A stretch of 62,950 nucleotides of DNA, filler included, from Candidatus Woesearchaeota archaeon (lineage in GTDB: Archaea; Nanobdellota; Nanobdellia; Woesearchaeales; JACPBO01), in NCBI GenBank assembly GCA_016180285.1. It is 5 parts of 5 records of this genome, joined end to end, with 100 filler letters (N's around TTAATTAATTAA, not from the genome) between each part and the next. Parts side by side here need not be neighbours in the genome. Positions count along the whole stretch, not along the records: positions 25,522 to 31,061 come from JACPBO010000040.1; positions 31,162 to 36,198 come from JACPBO010000013.1; positions 36,299 to 58,839 come from JACPBO010000018.1; 2 more parts are not named here. One strand, given 5' to 3'. Below the pieces are notes generated by a model. It saw nothing but the letters and a program-made list of their open reading frames with translations, was not told where the DNA came from and ran no database searches. A program made the translations under genes and the position numbers. Positions 29,479 through 39,453 of this stretch are shown here, in pieces. Position 1 is the stretch's first letter; each line of letters opens with the position of its first letter.

Positions 29479-29656
29479 TGTTAAGTAAAGTTGTTAAGTA
29501 TATATCACGCCCCTCATAAGAAGAGGAGTCGTTATGTAAAGTACACACATATATTTATATCCTATACTGGCTAAAACCTCCGAAAACCGTGGTTTTAGAG
29601 CTTAATATGCAACATGCAAAATTTGTAAAGTGTATACTTTTAAGGTTTACTTAACA
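29479..29656. mobile_element. 178-bp MITE-like non-autonomous element
   Basis: Perfect 11-bp terminal inverted repeats TGTTAAGTAAA (29479-29489) / TTTACTTAACA (29646-29656), flanked on both sides by GGTTT. No substantial ORF. Confidence 0.6.
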
Positions 29657-29670
29657 GGTTTTTCAGCATA

Positions 29671-30915
29671 TTATAATGTCTGCCCTTTCAGCAAATCTTT
29701 TAACAGCTCCCTGTCCCGTATTATCCTTGCTTTTCCGTCTTTAACCATGATTTCAGCAGGCTTCAGCCTGGAGTTATAGTTTGAAGACATAGAAAATCCA
29801 TAAGCCCCGGCATTCAATATGCCGATAATGTCGCCTTCCTTTATCACAGGCAGCTCCCTCTCAACAAGGCCATCCTCATTCTTTGTAAAAACATCTCCGG
29901 ATTCGCATATATTTCCGCAGATAATGATGTCTTCCTTATCCTTTGATTCAGCATTATTTGCAACAATTATCGGATGATAGCTGCCATAAGCCATTACTCT
30001 GATCAGGTGATTGAAGCCGGTATCAACTCCAATAAATTTGTGCTTTGTTGTTTCCTTTATTGTGTTTGCAGTTGCTAATAAAATTCCAGACTCACATACG
30101 AAATATCTGCCTGGCTCCAATGCCAATGTCAGCTCTTTTCCGTACTCAGCGCAGAAATCAGAGAATAATTGTGATACTTGAGCTCCAAATGTTTTAATAT
30201 CAATTGGCTTTTCATTCGGCCTGTAAGGAACTCCAATTCCGCCGCCAAAATCAACAAACTCAAGGCCATCAAAATGCCTTGCTGTCATCAGCAGCACTTT
30301 CATCGCTTCCAGGAATTTCTCAGTTTCCAGTATTCCTGACCCTATATGCTGGTGCACCCCGATAATTTTCAGGTCGTATTTCCTGGCAATATTTTTTATC
30401 TCATTGGCTTTGTCATAATAAATACCGAACTTTGAATCAGGGCCGCCTGTTATGACATGGCCGTGATGGCCTGCTCCTACATTAGGGTTGATTCTTACGC
30501 ATACTTTTGAATTCGGGTTTAGCTTTCCGTATCTTTCAAGCTGCGACAATGAGTCTGCATTGACTAAAATGCCGTGCTTTATTGCAAATTTCATATCTTC
30601 ATCAGTTGAATTGTTGCCTGTGAACATTATCTGCTTTTTATCATAGCCTGCTTCCAATGCAAGGAACATCTCGCCAGGGGAAACAGCGTCAATAAATGCC
30701 CCCTCTTCCCTTAGAATCTTCATTATTGCAACATTCGTATTTGCTTTGCACGCATAATACAGCCTGATATTTGGATAAGTTATATTCCCTTTCAGATCCC
30801 GAAACTTCTGCCTTATAGTGTCTTCCTCATAAGCATAGAGAGGGCTTTTGAATTTCAAAATAAGGTCTTCTGCTGAAATTCCCCCGATGTGGAGTTTGTT
30901 GTTTATTATTTGCAT
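29671..30915 (-). CDS. lysA: Diaminopimelate decarboxylase (start moved to MQIINN)
   Basis: YACKAN, SKFG, HQHIGS, EPGR, GNICESGD, GAYG. Confidence 0.96.
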   Translation of the reverse strand: MQIINNKLHIGGISAEDLILKFKSPLYAYEEDTIRQKFRDLKGNITYPNIRLYYACKANTNVAIMKILREEGAFIDAVSPGEMFLALEAGYDKKQIMFTGNNSTDEDMKFAIKHGILVNADSLSQLERYGKLNPNSKVCVRINPNVGAGHHGHVITGGPDSKFGIYYDKANEIKNIARKYDLKIIGVHQHIGSGILETEKFLEAMKVLLMTARHFDGLEFVDFGGGIGVPYRPNEKPIDIKTFGAQVSQLFSDFCAEYGKELTLALEPGRYFVCESGILLATANTIKETTKHKFIGVDTGFNHLIRVMAYGSYHPIIVANNAESKDKEDIIICGNICESGDVFTKNEDGLVERELPVIKEGDIIGILNAGAYGFSMSSNYNSRLKPAEIMVKDGKARIIRDRELLKDLLKGQTL

Positions 30916-30962
30916 TTTATTCTGTTTTTCTGAGTCTGTTTTTATACTTAACGCTTTTATTA

Positions 30963-31061
<99 letters not shown>

Positions 31062-31161
31062 NNNNNNNNNNNNNNNNNNNNNNNNNNNNNNNNNNNNNNN
31101 NNNNNTTAATTAATTAANNNNNNNNNNNNNNNNNNNNNNNNNNNNNNNNNNNNNNNNNNNN
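31062..31161. other. Artificial contig spacer
   Basis: 100 bp of N with a central TTAATTAATTAA. Confidence 0.98.
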
Positions 31162-31229
31162 GATTCCTCGCTTAAACCTCCTTCTATGCACTCCTTGAAG
31201 TTCTTGATAAGATCTTCCCTTTCAACCAT
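31162..31229 (-). CDS. N-terminal fragment of unknown gene, cut by gap
   Basis: MVEREDLIKNFKECIEGGLSEE..., with a TATA-like TTAAATA upstream. Confidence 0.4.
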
Positions 31230-31302
31230 TATTTATGATAAAAAACAGAGCAGTATTTAAGCTTTTTGGTTTATAATAAATTTCTTTTTAAATTAACCTT
31301 CA

Positions 31303-32490
31303 TTATCTTCTGCGCCCGTAAGACCTCTGATCTCTTCTTTGCGGCCTTCTGAAATTTTCTGTCCGAATAGAAATTATTCTTTCCAGATAGGGCTTGTCTA
31401 ATTTCTCAATCGAGAATGTGTGGTAATCGTTCATAACCCTGGAAAAGTTATCATAGTCATACTCGCTCAAAAGATTGATGGCCTTTCCTGATTCTCCTGC
31501 CCTGGCGGTCCTGCCTATTCTGTGGACATAGTCTTTCGAGTCTTTTGGGATGTCATAGTTATAGATGTGGGAAACATTGTCGATATGCAGGCCTCTTGCA
31601 GCCACATCAGTGCACACCAATACTCCGACTCTGGCATCATTGAACAGCCCGATAGTTCTTGTTCGGTTGTTCTGCGATAAGCCGCCATGGATCGCAATTG
31701 CATCAATCTTGTTTGCCTTGAGGTTTTTTACAACAAAATCAGTTGTTCTCCTTGTATTGCAGAAAACCATTACCAGCTTTGAATCTTCATTCTTCAATAA
31801 GTGCACAAGCAATGACAGCTTTATATTTCTTGGAACATCATAATAAACCTGCTTAAGCTTACTTGGATCAACCATATTGGCAGCTGAAACATCCACTGGA
31901 TTTATCATGTACCTGTTGGCTAATTCTTTTACGCGCGTTGAAATTGTAGCGGAAAAAAACAAAGTCTGCCTTTTAGACGGGCATGCCCTGATAATCTGCT
32001 CTACATCCTCTATAAATCCCATGTCAAACATGCGGTCTGCTTCATCCAGCACCAATAATTTAACCTTTGACAGATTAATGGTTCTCCTCTGAAGATGGTC
32101 TAAGATCCTTCCAGGAGTTGCAACCACTACATTCGCCCTTGACAGCTCGCTGATCTGCGGGCTGATAGAAACCCCTCCATAAACAGAGATGATATTCAGC
32201 TTTTTATGGTATGAAATCCGCTTTAATGACTCTTTTACCTGCTCTGCAAGCTCTCTTGTCGGCGTGAGTATCAATGCCTGCAAGCCTGCTTCAGGGCTTA
32301 TATGCTCTGCAATGCCGCAGCCAAAAGCCAATGTTTTTCCTGAACCAGTTGCTGATTCACCTATTACATCCTCTCCCGCCATAATATGGGGAATGGACTG
32401 TATCTGGATCTGAGTTGGCTCAGTAAATCCTAATTTTTTAATTGTTGCAGTCAGATGGCTGCTTAGCCCGAAATCTTCAAATAAATTCAT
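31303..32490 (-). CDS. DEAD-box RNA helicase
   Basis: Q motif, ATGSGKT, PTRELA, DEAD, SAT, ARGLH, HRIGRTAR. Confidence 0.97.
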   Translation of the reverse strand: MNLFEDFGLSSHLTATIKKLGFTEPTQIQIQSIPHIMAGEDVIGESATGSGKTLAFGCGIAEHISPEAGLQALILTPTRELAEQVKESLKRISYHKKLNIISVYGGVSISPQISELSRANVVVATPGRILDHLQRRTINLSKVKLLVLDEADRMFDMGFIEDVEQIIRACPSKRQTLFFSATISTRVKELANRYMINPVDVSAANMVDPSKLKQVYYDVPRNIKLSLLVHLLKNEDSKLVMVFCNTRRTTDFVVKNLKANKIDAIAIHGGLSQNNRTRTIGLFNDARVGVLVCTDVAARGLHIDNVSHIYNYDIPKDSKDYVHRIGRTARAGESGKAINLLSEYDYDNFSRVMNDYHTFSIEKLDKPYLERIISIRTENFRRPQRRDQRSYGRRR

Positions 32491-32684
32491 TTTTTACCTC
32501 ATGTATGTTATATGTTTATTCAGCACTTACCAGAAAAAGCGAAATGTTCATGACGATGATCAAGTGCTTTCTCGTAATAGCCAATGCTCTGTGTTTAATG
32601 CATTTGTGCTACTATATAAATCTTTCTATTTGCTGACTACTATATGGTAACTAATCGTTGTTCGTTGCAAGTCAGCGTTTTAAC

Positions 32685-33554
32685 TCACTTAAACAATACA
32701 CTCATATATCCGACAGAATTCCTATAATCTCCGACAACATCGCCTGATGTGTAATATCTCAATAATTCTGGCTTTGCCTGCTTGAGGCAGCCAAGCAGAA
32801 CAGCAATTGGCATTGCGCCGCATATTGTTGCTCCTGTTGTCTGCACATAATTGCTAAAGCCTTTTGCGTCAAGGGTTTTAATGAATTCAAAGGCGCCAAG
32901 ATCAAGCTTTTTCTGGCTTTCCGCAACATCTTTTGTGAACGGAACAAAGCCGTAATCAGGGCCGTAATGCGTGAAATCAGAGGAAATTATCAATGCAACC
33001 TTTTTATTTGAGTCCATGATAGTTTCTTTGAGGTCCAGAGCCAGTTTTTTAAGGTCTATGTCATGGCTTATGACAATTGGAAGAATCTTGATCTTATCTT
33101 CGAATCTTTTGTTGACAAACTGCAGAAAAGGAAGCTGTACTTCAAGGCAGTGCTCGCTTTCATGCGCAGCTTCGTTGACTTCAAGATCGCTTTTATTGAG
33201 CAGGCTTTTGGCAAAATTCTGGTCAATCCTTACCAAGCCAAGAGGAGTTTCTATGCTTTCAAGAGAAATGCCTGAACCATATCCGGAATGGCTTGGGCCT
33301 AGCAGAAGGTAAAGATCAGGAATTTCTGCCTCTCCGATCTCCTTGTAAGCCCATGCAGCGCAGGCTCCGGAATACGTGTAGCCCGCATGAGGAGCTATAA
33401 TCGCTTTTACAAAGCCGCTTCTCCTGCTTATTGGCAGCGTTCCAGGACCGAATTTTGACAGAAAACAGTCCTTTAGCTGCCTTTCTAATGCAAAATTGTT
33501 CGCTTCATAAAATTGCCCTGCAAAAACAGCTTTCCTGGTCATATCGTTGATCAC
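32685..33554 (-). CDS. MEMO1-family protein
   Basis: AGQFY, PHAGY.YSG, EH.LEVQLPF, SSDFTH, TICG. Confidence 0.92.
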   Translation of the reverse strand: MINDMTRKAVFAGQFYEANNFALERQLKDCFLSKFGPGTLPISRRSGFVKAIIAPHAGYTYSGACAAWAYKEIGEAEIPDLYLLLGPSHSGYGSGISLESIETPLGLVRIDQNFAKSLLNKSDLEVNEAAHESEHCLEVQLPFLQFVNKRFEDKIKILPIVISHDIDLKKLALDLKETIMDSNKKVALIISSDFTHYGPDYGFVPFTKDVAESQKKLDLGAFEFIKTLDAKGFSNYVQTTGATICGAMPIAVLLGCLKQAKPELLRYYTSGDVVGDYRNSVGYMSVLFK

Positions 33555-35215
33555 GGCTCTTTAGTATTTATATTTTTTCTTTTAAAAAACGACATTATCA
33601 GGAAAATAAAAAATAACAGTAACAAAAATACAAGGAACCAGCCGATTAATTTTTTTACAAAATCTCCCTCTTTGGGTGATTCGCCAAGCGCCAGGGCTTT
33701 TGTTTTGTTTAATGAATTATTTGAATTGGATGTTGTGTTTGAAATGTTGGCTGTTGAGTTGATGTTCCTGCTGGTGTTTGTTGCATTTGTCAGATTAATA
33801 AGCGTTGCATTTATTATTATGGTCTTATTTTCCGCCTTTGCAGCCAATGGCGTTGTTATGTTTCTGGTCTCGCTTATTACAAGGCTCTCTCCATAGAATC
33901 CAGAATAATATGCCTTTACACTTATGAAATTTGAAATATTCAGCTCTTCAAGGCTGAAATTTTTCCTGAATATGCTGAAATAGTATCCTGGCTCGATCAT
34001 GTCAATGCTGAAATTATAACTGTTGCTGCTGAAAATAACAGAGGCATTTACATTTTTAAATGACAGCTTTGACTCGTTGTTTACAAGGCCGACTTCAGCA
34101 TAAGTTTCATTAGTCTGGTTTTTTATCCGGTATATCACATTTAACTTTCTTGAAGAGACATTTAACTGGACTGCCTTTTCATTGATTGTCTGCGTAAAGC
34201 CGATCTTGAAAATGCCTTTTTCTTTTATTTCCTGCACGCCGCTTTTTATTGCGCGGAATATGATGTAAAACTGCTTTGCAGCGCTGTTGACAGCCAAAAT
34301 GCCCTTCCAGCTGTTTCCGGACAAAAGAGGGGATTTTTCTAAAATTTCAATCCCGCCCGGCATGCTTAATGAAAAATCAACATCAATATCCCTCTCAGGG
34401 TCAATATTTGTCAAGTTTATGCTTAGATTCACTATGCCGCCGACATCCATGCTCTTGTTGTAGCCATTCAGCTGGTTTTTTATTTCAAGGTAATAATCTT
34501 TTACCCTTAAGCTGGCAGTTTTGGGAATGCTGATATTGCTTACTCCATCGCTATAATTCAGAACAGCAATGGCAGAGATCGTATCCGGCTGCAATGCCAG
34601 CAGCTCGAGAGAGCAGCCTGCTTTTTGATAGCTCAGCAGGCTTCCCTTCCATTCCACATAATCCCCTTTAAAATCGCAGCCCTGGATGTTCATTATTTTT
34701 ACTGAAGAAGGAAAAGAGGCAGTGTAAACTATGTTTTCTGCTGATCTTGTTCCGTTGTTAAGGAATGTTGCATTAACAATGGACGTGCTGCCAACCTCAA
34801 TCTCACTTTTGCTCAATCCTAATTTAAAATCAATATTTGCGACTTCAACAGAAATTACAATATGCGCTTCGTCATATTCTGTATAAGTTCCGTAGCTGCT
34901 CGGCCTGTGCGAGTCATAATAGCCGAAACGCGTTCCTGTGAAGCTTACAGTCATGCCGCCTTTTGTTTCACTCTGGATCTGCCTGACTATGAAAATCCGG
35001 CCATCTTCGAATTTTACAGATGCCAATGTCCTGCTGTCATCAAGAAAAAGCGTAAAACTTTCACCTGCTGCAGTTTTGCTGCTGTTTCCTGTGTAAAGCC
35101 AGCCGTCATAAACTGTTTTCTCCTGTGCAGATGCATTTTTTATTGATAGCAACAGGCCTAAGAAAAACAAAACAAATAATAAAATCCGAAAACAATATGC
35201 CTCTTTTTTAGCCAT
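33551..35215 (-). CDS. Secreted cell-surface protein with C-terminal membrane anchor
   Basis: Signal peptide, Ig-like beta domains, an N-x-S/T-rich linker, then a TM helix and basic tail. Confidence 0.7.
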   Translation of the reverse strand: MAKKEAYCFRILLFVLFFLGLLLSIKNASAQEKTVYDGWLYTGNSSKTAAGESFTLFLDDSRTLASVKFEDGRIFIVRQIQSETKGGMTVSFTGTRFGYYDSHRPSSYGTYTEYDEAHIVISVEVANIDFKLGLSKSEIEVGSTSIVNATFLNNGTRSAENIVYTASFPSSVKIMNIQGCDFKGDYVEWKGSLLSYQKAGCSLELLALQPDTISAIAVLNYSDGVSNISIPKTASLRVKDYYLEIKNQLNGYNKSMDVGGIVNLSINLTNIDPERDIDVDFSLSMPGGIEILEKSPLLSGNSWKGILAVNSAAKQFYIIFRAIKSGVQEIKEKGIFKIGFTQTINEKAVQLNVSSRKLNVIYRIKNQTNETYAEVGLVNNESKLSFKNVNASVIFSSNSYNFSIDMIEPGYYFSIFRKNFSLEELNISNFISVKAYYSGFYGESLVISETRNITTPLAAKAENKTIIINATLINLTNATNTSRNINSTANISNTTSNSNNSLNKTKALALGESPKEGDFVKKLIGWFLVFLLLLFFIFLIMSFFKRKNINTKEP

Positions 35216-35306
35216 ATTAAAAAATATGAAAGAAAGAGTATAAAAAATTAACTATTCTGAAGGCTGTTAAGTAAACGTCACTTGAAAGACAAAAAATATG
35301 CCCTTT

Positions 35307-35603
35307 CTAATAATTAATGCCTTCTATAAATCTATTGGCTTCCTCATCGAAAATTTTATCACGCATATGGCTTAATTTATGCTGTTCTTCACACCCTTCT
35401 TTTATATAGTTAAGCGCACTCATAATATAAAAATGGTCTTCTCTAACCCCTGCTGCAGAAAGAATTTCTTGTTGTTCTCCACTATCTGCTGCATGAGCTG
35501 CATCGGCCAAAGAATTCATAGAACTATCTCTAACAATAAAATCCACTGTCATTAAAAGTCCTGATCCTGGTTCAATAATTGCTGTTTGCGCCATTTCGTA
35601 CAT
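35307..35603 (-). CDS. Hypothetical protein divergent from Lrp
   Basis: 98-aa ORF with TATA-like TTTAAA upstream. Confidence 0.5.
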   Translation of the reverse strand: MYEMAQTAIIEPGSGLLMTVDFIVRDSSMNSLADAAHAADSGEQQEILSAAGVREDHFYIMSALNYIKEGCEEQHKLSHMRDKIFDEEANRFIEGINY

Positions 35604-35715
35604 CTATAACTATTGCCAATTTAAATAATTTTTCATAGTTTTTCTGAACAAAATATCAAAAAAATAAAAAAATTTATATATTAGTTCATTCAGTCTAGCA
35701 ATCCGATAATGGAAA

Positions 35716-36162
35716 ATGAACAAGGAAACAGATGAAATTGACAAAAAAATTGTAAATCTTCTGCTTTTTGACGCAGACATTACGAACAGGGACATCGCTT
35801 CAAGATGCGGCATAGCTCTTGGAACAGTGAACAACAGGATAAAAAGATTAAAAAGAACAGGCATAATAAAGAAAAAGACAATCATAGTGGATTATGAAAA
35901 GCTGGGCTACACAATAGAAGTTCTAATTGCTTTAAAGATCAAAAAAGGCAGATTTTATGAAATAGTGAAGAAATTGGCTGCAGACCCGAATGTATTTCTG
36001 GTAATGGATATAACCGGCGATTATGACGTAGAAATCCTTGCAAGGTTCCATACAAAAAGGCAGCTGGACAGTTTTATCAAAAAACTGCAGCAGGAGCCAG
36101 ATGTAGAGTCTACAAGGACAAGATTGATACTGAATATTTATAGAGAAAAAGAAATAAAGTAA
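35716..36162 (+). CDS. Lrp/AsnC-family regulator
   Basis: DEIDKKIV...GTVNNRIKRL...DYEKLG...ITGDYD. Confidence 0.92.
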   Translation: MNKETDEIDKKIVNLLLFDADITNRDIASRCGIALGTVNNRIKRLKRTGIIKKKTIIVDYEKLGYTIEVLIALKIKKGRFYEIVKKLAADPNVFLVMDITGDYDVEILARFHTKRQLDSFIKKLQQEPDVESTRTRLILNIYREKEIK

Positions 36163-36198
36163 ATTCTGGCAGTAGTTTTTATGCTCTATCTAGATTGG

Positions 36199-36298
36199 NN
36201 NNNNNNNNNNNNNNNNNNNNNNNNNNNNNNNNNNNNNNNNNNTTAATTAATTAANNNNNNNNNNNNNNNNNNNNNNNNNNNNNNNNNNNNNNNNNNNN
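36199..36298. other. Artificial contig spacer
   Basis: 100 bp of N with a central TTAATTAATTAA. Confidence 0.98.
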
Positions 36299-36299
36299 A

Positions 36300-37430
36300 A
36301 TAGCTCCAAAAAAAGTTGCTGAATTCAGCTTTGACAAGAATGATGCAACAACATTTCATTATCCGATAGCAATAGGCAATACAATAGCGGAGAAGAAAAG
36401 CGACGGATTTTGCGTTTTACTCAGCATAGACCGCAAATGCAATGAAAAAATAAAGATGTTTTCAAGCAGCCTGAATGAATGGAATCCTGAATGTTTTCCT
36501 GAACTAACAAAAGGCATGCTGAAGCTCCCTTCTGGCTATTATCACGGAGAGCTTCTTGGGCTTCCAACTCATGAAAACTTCACTTCTTTGGATGAATTCA
36601 CTGCAGTTGAAAACAGGCCAAAGACAAGCGCAAAAAATTTAACAAAAGAGCTTATTGAAAAATATCCCCTAAAGCTTGATATCTTTGATGCACTCATAAT
36701 TGAAAACAGGCCATTGCTTTCAAGGCAGCTTAAGGTCAGGAGAGCCATATTAGAGGAAGTTGTCGATAGAACAAAAAACCTGAGCCTGATACAGCAATGG
36801 GATATGACCAATAAAGAAGGCTTGCAGCAGCTTTTCCTGCAGGCAATAAGCAATAATTATGAAGGCCTTGTTGCCAAAGATCCATTGTCTTTTTATGTTC
36901 CCGGCAGCAGGGACAGTGACTGGATAAAATTAAAGGAATTTTTAACGCTGGATCTTGTTGTCCTTGGCTTTTATGAAACTCCTGAGAGCAGAAAAGCAGG
37001 AAAGCCTTTCTCAGCAATATTAGTTGGAAGCTATAACGGGGAAACTGGCAAATATGAAACGCTGGCGAAAGTAAAAGTAAGCGCAAAAAAGGATCAAGAA
37101 GATATCTGCAAAAAAGCGAGAAATATTGTGAATGTCAACGGAGATTATGAAAAAACTGTAAACGCACATGGCGGCATAGCATTTAACCCTTCGATGTCAA
37201 AGATAAAAAGAAAAATACCTGAAAGAATAGTGGGAATGCAAGATCCGGTAATAGTTGAGGTGCAAGTGCAGGATATAACATACAGCGACAACTGGCATAG
37301 CTGCGGCCTCGGTTATGACAATGAAAGGGCGCATTCGTTAAGAATTCCGACATTCAAGCAGATCAGAAAAGACAAAACAAGGATAGAGGACATAACTACA
37401 ACGCAACAAATACATGAGTATGTTTCCTGA
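36300..37430 (+). CDS. ATP-dependent DNA ligase-like protein (5'-truncated)
   Basis: Frame open upstream of the tracked ATG and contains motif I EKKSDG. Also YEGLVAKD, WIKLK, DLVVLG, SLRIPTF..RKDK. Confidence 0.85.
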   Translation: MAPKKVAEFSFDKNDATTFHYPIAIGNTIAEKKSDGFCVLLSIDRKCNEKIKMFSSSLNEWNPECFPELTKGMLKLPSGYYHGELLGLPTHENFTSLDEFTAVENRPKTSAKNLTKELIEKYPLKLDIFDALIIENRPLLSRQLKVRRAILEEVVDRTKNLSLIQQWDMTNKEGLQQLFLQAISNNYEGLVAKDPLSFYVPGSRDSDWIKLKEFLTLDLVVLGFYETPESRKAGKPFSAILVGSYNGETGKYETLAKVKVSAKKDQEDICKKARNIVNVNGDYEKTVNAHGGIAFNPSMSKIKRKIPERIVGMQDPVIVEVQVQDITYSDNWHSCGLGYDNERAHSLRIPTFKQIRKDKTRIEDITTTQQIHEYVS

Positions 37431-37434
37431 TCTT

Positions 37435-37600
37435 ATTTCTTGATTCAAGAGAAACCCGACACCCCTCATCACAGATGAGGGGATTGCTCGCTCACTCCGT
37501 TCGCTCGGTCGGGTTTCTAAGAATGCAAATATTCGTAATGGGTTGTTTCGCTTACAAACCACCAGTCAAAGACTGGATGGAATATTTGCATTTAAGAAAT
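37435..37600. repeat. Nested inverted-repeat (REP-like or ncRNA) element between convergent genes
   Basis: Perfect stems 37450-37460/37508-37518 (11 bp), 37462-37470/37474-37482 (9 bp), 37522-37534/37580-37592 (13 bp) and 37562-37567/37571-37576 (6 bp). Confidence 0.75.
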
Positions 37601-37605
37601 TAAAT

Positions 37606-37881
37606 TTATGCCTTCTCTTCTTCTTCAGGATTATAGCTCGGAACAGCTGCTTTGCTGATGATCATGACATCACCGATGGATTTAACCAATTGATGCGGAA
37701 CTATAACTCCTTTTGCGCTGCCCAGCACTTTGTTTAGGAAGGAATTCTTTGTTGCCCTTACGCGCCATCCAAACACCTTTGTCTGCGTGAGAATGCTCTC
37801 TTCAACATCGCCGAAATACTCGCCATTGTCAGTAAATACCTTCATGTCATATGTTTCAGAAATCCTTTTCATTTTTAACAT
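37606..37881 (-). CDS. PRC-barrel domain protein (start moved to MLKMK)
   Basis: MKVFTDNGEYFGDVEE...IVPHQLVKSIGDVMII; GAGGAGG RBS upstream. Confidence 0.88.
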   Translation of the reverse strand: MLKMKRISETYDMKVFTDNGEYFGDVEESILTQTKVFGWRVRATKNSFLNKVLGSAKGVIVPHQLVKSIGDVMIISKAAVPSYNPEEEEKA

Positions 37882-37997
37882 AAAATCTACCTCCTCAGTT
37901 TTAATTAAAATTATAGTTTCCCTAAAATTACTCAACTATTTAAACTTTTCTACTCTGCAAGAGAAACTTTATAAGAAAGAAGGGATTTCCATAAGAA

Positions 37998-38657
37998 ATG
38001 ATCCATAAGAACCTTATTGTAATAGGGACTTCACATATAGCAAAAGAATCGCTTAAAGAGGTAGAAGACACTATAAAAAAAGAAAAGCCGGATATTGTTG
38101 CATTGGAGCTCGACAGGAAGCGCTTTTTTGCCCTTCTGCAGAAAGAGAAAAGAGGTGTAAGAATAAGCGACATCGGAAGGATTGGATTTAAAGGCTACCT
38201 GTTTGCCTTGCTTGGGGCGTGGGCTGAAAAGAAGCTTGGATCCATTGTCGGAGTTCAGCCCGGGTCTGAGATGGTTGCTGCTATAAAGCTGGCAAAAAAG
38301 AACAATATAAGGGTTGCTTTGATTGACCAGGATATTGAAGTTACATTGAAAAAATTCTCAAAAAGCCTGACTTGGAAGGAGAAGTTGAATTTTGTAAAGG
38401 ATATTTTCAAAGGATTTCTTATGAGGAGGAAACTGGAATTTGACCTGAATAAAGTTCCTTCCAAAGAGATCATTAGGAAACTGACAGATGAAGTAAAAAA
38501 GAATTATCCCAATGTTTACAGGGTGCTTGTTATAGAAAGGAATGAAGTGATGGCAGCCAATCTTAAGAAAATAATGCTTGAAAACCCTAAAGCCAAGATT
38601 GCTGCGATTGTCGGAGCAGGGCATGAAGAGGAAATAATTGGGATGATAAAGGCTTAA
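37998..38657 (+). CDS. TraB/GumN-family protein
   Basis: IGTSHI, VALELD, PGSEM, IERNEVM, VGAGH. Confidence 0.9.
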   Translation: MIHKNLIVIGTSHIAKESLKEVEDTIKKEKPDIVALELDRKRFFALLQKEKRGVRISDIGRIGFKGYLFALLGAWAEKKLGSIVGVQPGSEMVAAIKLAKKNNIRVALIDQDIEVTLKKFSKSLTWKEKLNFVKDIFKGFLMRRKLEFDLNKVPSKEIIRKLTDEVKKNYPNVYRVLVIERNEVMAANLKKIMLENPKAKIAAIVGAGHEEEIIGMIKA

Positions 38658-38700
38658 AATCCAAAATTTTATATACTATTTCTCAAAGTGATATGGTGAA

Positions 38701-39453
38701 ATGAGCGAACTGGTTGATCTGAGGGATAAGATAAACAGGTATTTCAAGTTCAGCGCTGAAGAGACTAAAGGGCTGATGATTTCCATACTGGTTGTTGCTT
38801 TTATAGTTTCTTTCAGGAAATGGGGGCCTGGCGCAGAATTTAACCTGATCTTTGGCTTGAAGAATTTGTTTATTTCTATATTGCTTGTTGCGCTGATAGT
38901 TCTGATCAACCAGGTTGGCCATAGGGTGATTGGCTTGAATTTTGGCTATAGAGTAGAGTACAAAATGTGGTGGTATGGCTTGCTTATTGGCCTGCTTCTT
39001 GTATTTGTGAGCAGGGGATATATATGGTTTTTAGCTCCAGGGGGAATTTTCATACATATGCTGCCTCAGCACAGATTGGGCAAGTTCCGTTACGGGCCAA
39101 ATACCACATTGTTCAGCCATACTTCATTAGCAGGGCCTATTGCAGGCATTTTATTCGGAGCTATTCTGAAGACAATAGATTTATGGTTCCTCCATATTAA
39201 TTCAGCTGCAATACAGCAGATATTCCTAATTGGCCTTGTTTACGGAGCGTATCAATTACTGCCTATTCCGCCTTTGGCAGGAAGCAGGATTTTCTTTGCT
39301 TCAAGGCTCATGTATGTTTTTGTAGCATCCAGCATAATTGCTTATGCAGTTTTATTTGCATATTTGAATATATATTCCTTTGTCTTTGCATTATTTATTG
39401 GCGCTATTTGCTGGCTGATATTCTATATAACTTTTGAGAACAAGGTAACATGA
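38701..39453 (+). CDS. Site-2 protease (M50)-like membrane protein with degenerate active site
   Basis: S2P topology with SLAGP. HExxH appears as NQVGH and NxLPxxPLDG as QLLPIPPLAG. Confidence 0.7.
   Translation: MSELVDLRDKINRYFKFSAEETKGLMISILVVAFIVSFRKWGPGAEFNLIFGLKNLFISILLVALIVLINQVGHRVIGLNFGYRVEYKMWWYGLLIGLLLVFVSRGYIWFLAPGGIFIHMLPQHRLGKFRYGPNTTLFSHTSLAGPIAGILFGAILKTIDLWFLHINSAAIQQIFLIGLVYGAYQLLPIPPLAGSRIFFASRLMYVFVASSIIAYAVLFAYLNIYSFVFALFIGAICWLIFYITFENKVT

Noticed and set aside
29479..29656. Integron attC site (GTTAAGT/ACTTAAC match the core consensus)
   Set aside because: The order is reversed relative to attC (GTTRRRY first), and there are no L boxes or cassette gene.
32645..32659. 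Seventh copy of the end motif (TGGTAACTAATCG)
   Set aside because: Weaker context, with no convincing inward-facing partner; not counted.
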